64,000 nt of DNA, taken from positions 2,914,001 to 2,978,000 of the forward strand of contig CATNEN010000024.1 in assembly GCA_950097015.1 (NCBI GenBank), in the 5' to 3' direction. The position numbers and the translations under genes are program-made. This document shows, in pieces, positions 52,871-64,000 of this stretch. Under the pieces are notes generated by a model. The model did not search any database. It was not told the origin of the DNA and worked only from the letters and a program-made list of their open reading frames with translations. This stretch comes from Macrostomum hystrix (lineage: Eukaryota > Animalia > Platyhelminthes). Positions within the stretch are counted from its first letter, which is position 1, and every line of letters starts with the position of its first letter.

Positions 52871-53963
52871 TTATCTTGAGCCTGTTCTGAAGTAAAACTG
52901 CCTGGTCAGCTTGCTTCGCATGTCCGGCACCTGGAAGAGCTTGGAGCCGAACTGGTTTTCCAGCGGACTGCGCGAGATGTGCGCCGTCACTCGAGTGTGC
53001 AGCTGCAGCAGGTCCTCGCTAGCCCCGTGAGCTTCAACTATGCGGCAAAGGGTGCGGACGTAGGCTGACCCGCTCTGCGGGTCCCTGTACGCAATGTACT
53101 TCTCGCTAGTCGCGTAGCCAAAGAAAAAATCGGCACCCTTAGGCGCGAACAAGACGCCCCCAGTGTCTGGCTCCTCCGCTGACGAGTCGTTCGCTTCGTC
53201 ACCTTCGTCTCTATCGCCGTCGGTTGCCGACGCAATTTTATCTGCCGATGCTCCCACGGCAGAAATTCGCGCGGCCGCAAAGTTTCGCTGCTGGCGCTCG
53301 CCTCGGCAGGCCTGCGTTAGAGCGGAGGGTCTTGCATAATGTATTCCGAAGATCTCAATACCTGCTCATTACGATCCCTCTCATGTGGGCTTCGTGGGTC
53401 TTGATGGATATCTGATCATGTGTTTCATAAAGCGAATACGCATCTTACTAAATGTTTTTTGCGAAAGTTTTTCTAGAAATCCGAGCCGTAGCAGTCACAC
53501 TGATAATTCAGCATGAGCAATCCAACATCTTGAAGTTACCTGAATAAAGAACAGTTTCGGTTTGCCAGCCAGTCCCGCACAGACGTCGCTGTCGAAAAAC
53601 GAAGCGATGCGTCCCAGGCTGATGTACTGCCCATCTGAGCCCACGATTTGGTTATTTGTGCCGTGGGACATCAGGAAGCAGATGAAGGAGTCATATTTTT
53701 CGTGATTTTTTAAAGCGATACGCATGGCCGCTTTGCAGATGCCTGAGGCTGTGGGGTCGGCCAACGAGCGTACCCGGTAGCCCAGGCGCTGAAATAGACG
53801 GCTCGCACGGGCAACGTCTGCCCGACTGCCGTTTCTGGTGGGGAACTCAGCGGGGTTGTTAAACTTTTCAACGTTAACAAGCAGGCAGTATCCATGAGGA
53901 CGCTGGCAGTGAGGATATGTTGTCGACGAAGGTAGACTGTTTATCGATTCGAAAAGCCTCTCT

Positions 53964-54002
<39 letters not shown>

Positions 54003-57000
54003 GGCTGCTGCTGCTCAGCGGTCTCATTGCTGGCACACTGCAAGACTTGATCATCAATTGAACCACCATGAGCAAGCTTCTTGTTTGAGCCCTTCCACGC
54101 TTCCCTCTTTATTGTGTGCCAGGTTTCAATGTCATGTGGCTGCTTCTGCTGCTGCTGCTGCAGAATCTGTTGTTGAAGCCTAGGCGCTAGCAGTGGAAGC
54201 CTTTGTAGGAAATGGAATTTGAAGTAGAATGGATTTAGTAATTTAGCTTAAAGTTTAATGTTTAGGTACGCTCTTAAGTCAGGTTTCTATGTTTAGGTAA
54301 ATTCTACCTTATTGGCGGTTGCTGCTGCTGCAACGGAGGCTGCTGCTGCTGTTGTTGTTGATGGCTCTGCTGCTCTCGATTCTGAAGCTCGGCTTGCGCC
54401 AGCGAATCAGAGACTGTGCGCTGACGAACCAGAGAGGGCCTTTGCCTTCGACAGCTCGAGCAGCGACGCTCCAATCTAGGTCTATTGTTTCTGAAGATTA
54501 AGTTGACAATGTATCTGTTTGTAACACTATTGTTATTTTTGCTTCAAGAATTCAGCTACGCAAGCTTACTGGAAGAATGGCAGAGTCAACAGACGCTCGA
54601 TGCCCGGACGCCGCTCTCGCCGACGCTGCGTGCACAGCCTGTAGAGCTCGCACAGCGCGGCAGAGCTAGTCCCAGGCAGGCTAGGCATCGCACCAACACA
54701 GATGCTGGTGTGCAGGCGATCGAAATTTCTACTCTGCTCCGCGTTCGGCGGTTGTCCAGTTGTCAGCTCGAACACGAGGCAGCCGAAGGCCCACACATCC
54801 GACTTGGTGGTGAACTCGGCGCCGCCAGAGTGTAGAATCTCCGGTGCCAAGTAGCAGGGCGAGCCCCACTCGCGCGGACGAGCCGAGTGCTGCTGGCGTG
54901 TACACAGAGAGAAGCCGGCCAGTTTCAGACTGCCCTCTGGCTGGTATAGGACGCTCTTGCACTTTACGTTGCGGTGTACCACCGCTGGGCGCAGATCGTG
55001 AAGGTACAGCAGGGCTGATGCGACCTGAGCGACGAAACGTAGGTTTCGAGTGTTGCAATCTGAGGACTGCTCAAAGACAGCTACTCAACAAGTAATAGGT
55101 GTTTAACTGGGGGCGAAATGCAAATATTTTAAAGTTTGAATAATTCAAATTATTCAAATTTTGAATAATTTTATAAGCGAAAGATAGTGGTTAGGTTTGC
55201 TATTTCATGCTGTTATGAGCGACTATTTTGATTGGTTTTTGTTGAAGTGAAGATTACTTAAAATAGGCAAAAAAATCAATTACTACCTGGCGACCATAAG
55301 ATTTGATTTCGCTCTCCAGAAACCCAGCCTTTCTCTGCGTCAAAATTGAGCGCAGATTTTGGCCCTCGACAAGCTCCGTGAGCACCATCAGACAGCCTGA
55401 GCTTTCGCTCAGCACCTTGACGAGCTTCACTATGCGATCGTGCCTCAGCTGACCAAGCAGATGGCAGCTGGCCTTGAACTGTTTTAGCGTCTCCTCCGGG
55501 CACCCCGGTGTTGTTCTGTAAGCGGCAACCGGAACTCCTCGCAATTCGGCACAAAATACCGAGCCAAAACGACCCCGGCCAAGTAGCCGCTCTCGATCCA
55601 CGTTACAGGCCGCCGTCTCGTCTTCCTTCGTTTCGTCTTCCTCGACTTCCTCTTCGAAGCTCTCCTCTCTCAGAACATCCTCTGCGTCTTCCTCGTCGTC
55701 TGTCTGCTCGTAGTTGTCGAAGCATCGAGCTCCCGAATCCATATCGTCCTCGTCGTTGTCCAACTCCTCAGTGGCATCGCTCTGACCGAGGCGACGCCTT
55801 CTTGGTAGAAGCGGCTCCGGAGCGCTGGCGCCCCCAACAGAGCGACCAGGGCGATTTAATGGACAGCGGTCTGACTGAACCGGGCTTTGCGTCCGCAGCG
55901 GCGGTGGTGGCAGATTTTGATGCACTGGTGGTTGCTGGGCCAGCTGCGAAGGGGCCTGCTGCAGCTTCAACTGCCGCGGTGAAAGCTCGGCTCTGTTCGT
56001 TGAGATTCAGAGAAGACCGGAGTGAAGCTAATCGGATAATAATATTGAATTGTTTTCGAAGGTTTTATAGGAAACACAATGGAGCTTGTGCATTTTATCC
56101 TTATTGCACAATATCTCTAAAGTCTCTTCACATTGGCTGGAAAAATTTTCTCATGAATCTTACGAGCATCCCAAAGGCCTTCTAAGCCAAGGTTAAAAGT
56201 TCCTCACTGAAAGAAATCATGCAGCATCAACTGCCCAATCGCTGTCGGTCGTCGCGCGGCGCACGAGCTGCACAGTCTGCGCAGCAGCGGCGTCGATTCC
56301 TCCGGAGCCTCCCGTTGACCCGCTTGACCGGTGGCCATCTCGATCAGGAAACTGCCGAACTGACGAACATCTAGCGCCGTGTCGCAAGCTTCGCTGCCGC
56401 CGTTGCTCTCTTCGAGGCGACAGCAGAGTGTGAAGCCGGCTAGCTTTGCGCAGCCGGAGTCTGTTAGTAGGGCTGAGCGGCACTTCACATTGCGGTGCAC
56501 AATGGCCGGACTTCGGCTATGCAGGTAGTGCAGAGCGGACCCGATCTGTGGGTGAGGGTGAGAATAAACGACGCTATTTGAATCCAAAGCCAGCGGGATG
56601 TTGAGCGTAAACTCACCTGTCTACCATAGACAGCAACAAACGACTCAGCCAGGCAGCCGTATTTGTCAACAAGGTCGCGCAGGCTCCCAGAGCCAAGCCA
56701 CTCCAGCAGGATGCACACAGAGGCTGCGCTCTCCGAGTCTCTCGCCAGGGCGATGAGGCGCACAATGTGATCGTGCCGCAGTTCGGTCAGAATGCCGCAG
56801 CCGGCGAGCAGCCTCTTGTCTGGCTTGTCGGCGCAGTAGACTGCCGCGGTGCCAGCATCTTCACCGTCGCAGCCGATCCGCACCCGGAAGATTCTGCCGA
56901 AGCGACCCCTTACCGGCGACGCCTGCTTCGGATCCGGCAGGCAGCGAAATTGGCGACCATCCGAAGTCAGCAGTTCCAGAAAACTGCCACCTTTTTCTGA

Positions 57001-57003
57001 CAT
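52871..57003 (-). CDS. Tandem pseudokinase-pseudokinase-polyQ-caspase fusion protein (~1056 aa, 7 exons)
   Basis: Exons (-): 57003-56617, 56545-56208, 55992-55287, 55024-54570, 54490-54308, 54200-53540, 53311-52871. All introns are GT-AG with phases 0,2,0,2,2,0, and the sum is 3171 nt = 1057 codons with no internal stop. Kinase 1: RGRFGRIF..HDHIVRL..YGRQ|IGSALHYLH..VHRNVK..KLAGF. Kinase 2: LLGRGRFGSVF..HDRIVKL..YGRQ|VASALLYLH..VHRNVK..KLAGF..YLAPE..KSDVWAFG. Caspase: PHGYCLLVN, TRNGSRAD, FICFLMSHG, GKPKLFFIQ|ACRG, ADFFFGYAT..AYRD..GS.YVRTLC. Confidence 0.85.
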
Positions 57004-58826
57004 GACTAGCGGAGAGTTTAAAAGTACCCGGATTGCACTTACACTGCAACTTTGCTGTCCCTCTCTTGATATAACCGCTCACTCATAAGCGATAGTTAGC
57101 TGAGCACTAGAATCGAGTAAGCGAGATGCGAGTCATGTGCTTCTCTCTCTTAAGCGAGCTCTTCTCTGTCATCCACTGCTCAGATTGGATCCACGCTGCT
57201 TCTCAAACAAGGCTCTAAAAATAGCACCTGGTGGGGCTGCACAACAACAGAAAAGGAAAGCACTGGGAGACCCCAAAGACAGACTCCATTTGTTGCCTGG
57301 GCATTGCACTCAGCTTATTGGTCTGGTCTGAGCAAACTGAAAACACAAACAATGAATAGAGTCATGCACATTTGTCCTAGCTTGGAGGCCTGGAAACAGT
57401 CCAGGCTTGTTTGTTCGCGCCTACCTTCTACCCATCGTGTTTCTTCCAGTTTGCCCTGACTGAAACTTTCGTACAATTATTTCCTTAATTCAGGTCTGTA
57501 TCCATTTCCAAAAGCTCTTTTTCCGGGGAATTGCACCACTCTGACCCAAGCCCATGGATTTTGCTGCCTCGGTTAAAACAAAAGAAACACGAAGAAAACA
57601 AATTACCCTGACAAAATAGTTTGTTTACACTAGCCGTATTGCCAACCAACGATTTGACTCACAGTTAGAACGAGCTGTTGCAAATATCTATCACGCAGCA
57701 GGAAATATAATAACTAAAGCAAGAAGTGCACAGAGTTAACGCTTGTGATGCCGCAAGGTCATGTATAGACTTTCGATTTATTTATCTCTGCGAATCATAT
57801 CCTTTGTCCATTGTGTTAAAGAATCTCAATGACAATGACAATGCGCCTAATAAATCAATGAGAGGTCAAAGTTCATTCTACTTGTATCACACTACTTTTT
57901 TGTAAGTAGCATATGTCAGATAAAAATGACCGTACTATGACTTAGAAAAGTGACTTGCACAGTTAAATTGAATCTTCTTCCGATGCTAAAACAGCGGACC
58001 AAGAACAACAAAATGGTGCAGCAACAAGGGTGAGCTAAAACTCTACAGGTGTGAGGTTTTGCTTGCTAAGCACAATTTAAACACATAGTATGCTGCAGAG
58101 ATCTACAGTTGTATAGGATAAATAAAAGTTTTTAAGGACTAACGTGATCTACGCTCGAATAAATACAAAAAACTATATTTTGAGAAGAAACGAAACTACA
58201 AATCGTTTTTGTGCAAGTGTAGGTGCTTCAAATATCGACTGTGACAGTAAAGTGTGTCGCTCGTATCAACAAGATTAATATAAGTTAACAAAATGAAGCT
58301 TACGGCCTGAAAACTAGGCGACAGAAAAATATATAGAAGCAAACGACGCATGAAAAAAGACATGAATAATTTGAATCTGAAACTCGATGGAAAATTCAGT
58401 TTTTGACTATCAAATTTCGTCATAAAGCATAACGTATTGAGGCCTGGTCAAATCGGGCAAATTCCAAGCAGCTTTCTTCTCAACAAAAAAATAAATTGCA
58501 ATGTTTACAAAAAATCCGCTTTTACGCTAAGCTAGACTAAATATGAGACATTGTGCGAAATATTTACATACAATAATTTTTCGTATAGCGCTTTTTATGA
58601 TAAATTTTAAATGAGGATTTAGTCACTATGGGATTCTGCATGCCATAAAAGAATGCTACAGCAAAGCTTTGTTTAACAAAAAAGTAACAAAATAGACTAA
58701 ACAGACAATAGATTATTTATTTTATTGCATGATTTGATTTGAGAATCAACTAACAAAAAACTTGCAAAGCCTAGGTTTTGAACATTGTCCAACTCAAAAT
58801 CGACATCCTCCTCAAGGTTCTTGGTC

Positions 58827-61800
58827 TCACAGACTGGCAGCCATCGGGTTCATCTGCAGCTGCGGATTGGGCGAGCCGTCAATCTCGGGAATCTCCATGC
58901 GAAACATGTCCTTGATGCGCTGGTTGAGGCAGGGATTTGGGCAGGGGTTCAGGTATGAATTTGAATTTGCATTCGCACAAAAAATTATAACTATAGGCAC
59001 TGATATAGAATAAGATATGGTTTACTTCAATTAACTGATCATGCCTTTGAAATGGAGTTTAAAACTAGCCAAGATTTACATTATGCTCTATCCTGTGAGA
59101 CAACTTCCAAAGGGACAAAGCATCGGCATCGACATCGAGATATTAAAAAATTCTCGTCGGGGTGTCTGGTGGCAAAACCTTGTCACTAGGCTCTTCGACG
59201 AGAATTGCTGAATTGCCTGAATATGTCGACGATGCTGACGTCGGACGGCTTTGAAAGTTATTTCAACGTAAAATGCGGAAAATGTGGATCCATATGGAGG
59301 ACTTAAGCAAAAATCGGTCATTCGGTATGAGAAGTGAAGTAGGCAGTGGGTTTTTGAAATACCCTTATTGTCTTTACCCAGGGGGAAAATAGCGTGGTTT
59401 TTCAACTGTTAATGGTCCTTCGAAAGGCTGTGTACAGCTCCGTTGTTAGAGCTTCGGACTTTTACCAGAGGCGTCGGATGTTCGAATCGCGTCTCAAAGG
59501 AAAGTTAAGCTAGACACAATAGTTTCCTCAACTGCTTCAGTTCACCCAGCTGTAAAATGGGTAACAGGGGCATAAAATATGGATATATAGGCCCCGGAAT
59601 AGCCCTGGCTGTTCCTTGGCTAAAATTACCTTCGACAGTGGCTCATTGTGCTTGTTGTCGGACCAGCATAGCTGCCTAATGGCATAGTACACGGCATAGA
59701 TGGGTATGGCTATGACAGATGACAATGCCAGCATAGCTCCCAGGGCCTGCGCCCAGGGTGGATAGTTGTAGGGCTCGGCTGTGGAGCGGGTGTAGACCAG
59801 CGGCTTGAACTCCAGAACGGCGAAGGCGAGAACACCCTGGGAGCGTGTTTTTGACACGACGAACATTTTCAAAAATTTCCATGACCGCCGTTCTTTGCTA
59901 AATGCCAATCACAAATGAGAACGAGCGCTCTTTTCTGTAAGATCTGGGGGTAGATCATCATCATGGAACTAAGGAATGAGGTAGATTATCATCATGCAAC
60001 CAAGAAATGAGGTAGATCATCATCATGGAACTAAGGAATGAGGTAGATCATCATCATCGAACTAAGGAATGAGGTAGATCATCATCATAAAACTAAGGAA
60101 TGAGGTAGATTATCATTATGCAACTAAGGAATGAGGTGGAGTATCATTGTGGAACTGAGAAAAGCATACATACTCATGTTACGAATAAATTTGAACGATC
60201 TTTGAACGTGTTCAAACAGCGATCTGGGGGTAGATCATCATCATGGAACTAAGGAATGAGGTAGATTATCATCATGCAACCAAGAAATGAGGTAGATCAT
60301 CATCATGGAACTAAGGAATGAGGTAGATCATCATCATCGAACTAAGGAATGAGGTAGATCATCATCATAAAACTAAGGAATGAGGTAGATTATCATCATG
60401 CAACTAAGGAATGAGGTGGAGTATCATTGTGGAACTGAGAAAAGCATACATACTCATGTTACGAATAAATTTGAACGATCTTTGAACGTGTTCAAACAGG
60501 GCTTAAACTCTTCAAGCAGTGATCAGTTCCGATGAACTCACAAGGCAACTCAGCGGGCACAGAACCGTGACGCAGATCTGCCAGATGATCGGTGGCGCAT
60601 GGCCAATGACCATTGTCATCTTCTTGCGCAGGCGAAAAATTCCTGTAAGTAGGGAGTTACAAAAAAACTGAAATTTACCTGAAATTAACCCTGACACGTT
60701 GAGCAGTATAAAGCATCTGGCTCTCACGAATGGCCATGAGTTCAAAATGTACAGTAAACTTCCAGACTTACGGTCAGAAATCCGATTAAAACGGTTAACA
60801 GTAGAAAGACGACGGGGGTATTTGAAATACCCTCATTTTTATTTCTGTATCTCCCAAAAGACAAATAGCCATGAAAATGCAGAACACAAGCAAAATTTTC
60901 CTGATTAATAAATATGATAAATCTGATTAAACAACTTCCACAATCACAAAACATCGGCATCGTCGAGATATTCAACAATTTTCGTCGGGGTGTCTGGTGG
61001 CAATAACCACCAATATACGAGTAGGCTGCTCAAAGAAATTTCATGTAATCATGTCGGCTATCATTCTTGTCATTTTAATTTTTGAACCAGCGTGGATTTA
61101 TTTACCATCGACGTTTATACAGAGCAATGTTACTTGTCCTTGTCACCAGGGTCTTCGACAAGAACCGCTGAATATCTCGACGATGCTGACGTCAAACGGC
61201 TTTGAAAGTTAGCTCATCGTAAAGGGCGGAAACTTTTGATCCATATTATTGACTTTCACAAAAATCGGTCATTTGGTTTGGGAGCTGTCGTGAAGTAGGC
61301 AGTGGGTATTTGAAATACCCCGGGGGGTAATGGCGTGGCCTTTCTACTGCTAACAGTTGAAACAGATTGTTTGGAATGATGCAACTGAAGCGACTGGATG
61401 TTGTGGTACTCGTACAAATCTTATTAGAGAATTTCACTAGTCATTTCGAAGCGTTTCAAATTGAGTGAATCTTCAACGCGGCAAACGTGCATCTCGTTTG
61501 ATGCAGTTAAGTGCATCTGAAATTACTGAACTGGTTCTGTTGCGATCGTCAAGATCCAAAATTTGAAGTGGAGTTCAGTTCTGAATGTTTACCAAACGAC
61601 CAGGCGAAGGCGATGCATTCGAATGCAATCAGAAGTAGGAGGGCCGGGCCACTGGCGGCGTAACTGTCGAACATGTTGAACACATAGGCGCCACCCTGCG
61701 GTATTGCAATGACAGATGAAAATGATGCTTCAAAGTCTAGGTGAGAGCGGGTACCTCCGATTTACTAGGGATCCTAACCGGTGAGATAAAGATGGCAATC

Positions 61801-64000
61801 AACATTAGGACTCACATTGCTGACCATGGAAAGACCGATGACGAAGGAGACCATGCAGACAACGAGGACAAACTTTTTTCTGTGCACACGCAGTATGGGC
61901 CATTCGTCCATCACGGCCGTGATGAAGCCCTCGACTGTACAGAACTGCAAACATGAGCATTTTGCGATTCGTAATTTTGTAACACCCAACAATAGCCCGT
62001 AATTACATGCGGAATTGAGCTGCAGTGCCCAAGTGAGTATCCCCTAATGCTTACCTGGCTATCGATGCCGACAAAGAAGACCATTAGGAAGAACAGGACG
62101 GCCCATATTGGAGCGGCCGGTAATTCTGACAGGGCGGATGGGTAAGCCAGAAAGGCAAGGCCGGGGCCTACAAGGGAGAAATAGGGTTTCGAATGTCACT
62201 GAATGTGACATTCAGTTTGATGTCACAGTCATTCAGTTCGATTTCACAGTCATTCAGTTTGAAATCTGTGACTGATGACTTTGGCACCTGCCTGAAACCG
62301 ACACAATACATCGAAACTGGTCACATTTCAGCTGAAATGAATCACGCAGCAAGCATTCCGTCGAGCCTGCTAGTCCCCAGCCCGGCAAATAACCCTGGAT
62401 TTTTCCATGACAATCACGCTGCTGATCTACAGAAGCATCAGAGTTCATTTTACTTCAATTTTCAAGCACTCAGTAGATAATAGATGCTCACAATGGCTCT
62501 CAACGAGCCTTGGTTCTATTGAAGAACAATAAAATCTGACCTCTTAACTCCATCTCTAATTAGATTCCCTACTCATCGGGCTCACCTGACGCTGCCACCT
62601 GACTGACGTGCTTCTTCTGCGCCTTGGCCATGAATCCGATGACGGAGAAGATAACAAAGCCAGCGAAGATGCTGGTGCAGGAGTTGATGGTGCCTACTAG
62701 GAGGGCATCTCTGCGGATTGGGGATGACGGCAGTTGAGGCTGTGTGGGTATCTGTTCGCGATAGCTCCGCTCCCCACTCAATTCTCTCCAGCGCCTCTTC
62801 CCCTAAAGCGAAATATCCCCCTTCAACGCGATCCCCAAAACCCAGGCCAGGACGCAGTGAAGCGCAGAGTCTGAGCCAGCCGAGGCACCTGGCGGAGCTG
62901 ATATGAGTCGCTTGACATTGAGCACAGCTCTGCGGGCTCTAGCAATGAATTATAGCGATGGGTTGGCCATAAGCCCTGGCATTTGCATATGGGCTGCAGC
63001 TGCGGCTGTGACTGAGAGCCAGCAGTGAGACAGAGCAGGCAGGCGAAACCCGGGGATGGGGCTCAGTCAAAAGGAATTCACGATTACCTGGAGGGTTGGA
63101 GGGTAGGGGGGCCTTCTGTCGCCGCCCAAATCCTGCCTAAGCTGTGGAAGCGGCTGAAGAGTTGCAAAACAGAATCGCTGCCAGAAGCAGAGTATATTGA
63201 CAATGGGAACTCTAAGCATAACAAAACGCATGCAAAAAACACCCGACTGACTATCAAGGCAGTAAAAAAGCACAATTGGAATAAAACCAGGCCAGGTGGA
63301 GGGAACTTATGTAGCAGCAATGGTGAGCAGACAATTATAATGAGTCAATTTATATTTTTTGCAATCTTCAGAGAATGATAGTCGCTCACTTATAGCAGTT
63401 GTTGGTTAGCGGGTTATAGCTGCCCAGAGCGATGTGCGTGCCAAGGCCTAGTCCCAGCGAGAAGAAGATCTGAGAGGCCGCCTGAAGCCACACCTGCGCG
63501 TGCAAATGTTCTTCTTACAAATTAGTTGCTCTAACTGGGAAATAATTGATTGAGTGTATTAGGTTAGTCAGTTTATACCTTGGACTCTTGGATTTTGGTG
63601 AAGTTCGGCTTCAGATAGTACTCAATTCCAATACTGGCGCCATCCAATGTGATGCCGCGGAACAGCAGGATAATGAGCAGCACGTATGGGAATAGAGCTG
63701 TGATGTACACGATCTGAGAAAGGGTTTTGCGGATTTCTGGCCAGTTATAATGGTATTAAGGTGCTAATCTAGTATGTATTTTGGATCCTAAATGGTATTT
63801 AGGATGCAGCCGCATTCATTTGGGTTGCCACGTTATTTTACCACGTCATTCGATGATGTAATAATTAATGAGTCCATCTCAAGCAATTAACTGCACCAAC
63901 CTTGCCGGTCCATTGCACACCCTTGAAGATGCAGAAGTAGCAGATGATCCAAGCGATGCCCAGCGTCAACACCAGCTGCCAGCGAAGCACTCCAGGCTCG
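58827..64000 (-). CDS. SLC6 sodium/chloride-dependent neurotransmitter transporter (GAT/taurine/creatine subfamily), 3' part; the 5' end lies beyond the window
   Basis: Exons (-): >64000-63901 ([20 protein letters not shown]), 63713-63579, 63493-63390 ([21 protein letters not shown]), 62710-62586 ([15 protein letters not shown]), 62167-62055 ([15 protein letters not shown]), 61944-61816 ([16 protein letters not shown]), 61695-61593, 60642-60542, 59836-59630 ([11 protein letters not shown]), 58919-58827 (stop). All phases are consistent. Confidence 0.92.
59085..59368. mobile_element. Family C element, internally deleted copy, SLC6 last intron
   Basis: The left-arm end is joined to the right arm, terminating GGGTTTTTGAAATACCC. 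Confidence 0.7.
59440..59575 (+). mobile_element. Degenerate SINE family B-related fragment
   Basis: GTTAGAGCTTCGGAC..GTTCGAATC..CTGCTTCAGTTCACCCAGCTGTAAAATGGG. Confidence 0.65.
59941..60499. repeat. Near-identical 280-bp tandem duplication containing short GGAACTAAGGAATGAGGTAGATCATCATCAT repeats (SLC6 intron)
   Basis: 59941-60219 matches 60221-60499 with about one mismatch seen. Confidence 0.93.
60813..61325. mobile_element. Non-autonomous foldback/MITE-like element with long imperfect inverted arms and palindromic ends (family C)
   Basis: GGGTATTTGAAATACCC occurs at both ends, and both arms carry CATC(G/A)GCATCGTCGAGATATTCA in inverted orientation. Confidence 0.75.

Noticed and set aside
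53240-53311. Apparent frameshift between QACRG and the caspase small subunit
   Set aside because: Careful re-reading gives GCC TGC CGA GGC ... GCG CGA ATT TCT GCC GTG GGA in one frame, so there is no frameshift.
54566-56587. Separate truncated kinase pseudogenes
   Set aside because: The terminal stops coincide with strong phase-2 splice donors that join in frame to downstream exons, so the whole reads as one open spliced frame.

Overview
This is eukaryotic, intron-rich invertebrate genomic DNA. The GC-rich Gln/Ala-rich exons and minisatellite-filled introns resemble a flatworm such as Macrostomum, but that is an inference. I rebuilt five spliced genes by hand with phase-consistent splice sites: (1) a two-exon four-TM MS4A/CD20-like protein (13552-14923, -); (2) a cGMP-dependent protein kinase I with two alternative first coding exons resembling vertebrate PKG-Ialpha and PKG-Ibeta (27046-39174, +); (3) a divergent Slo1/BK-family K+ channel that has lost the R213-equivalent gating charge and most Ca2+/Mg2+ ligands (40190-48124, -); (4) a 7-exon, ~1056-aa protein with two tandem MAP3K-like pseudokinase domains, a polyQ linker and a catalytically intact caspase domain (52871-57003, -), which is the most unusual feature; (5) the 3' half of a GAT-like SLC6 transporter (58827 to beyond 64000, -). 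The rest holds about 15 large minisatellite arrays, two tRNA-derived SINE families (one CORE-type) and a palindrome-capped foldback element. All long repetitive ORFs in the supplied track are minisatellite artefacts.
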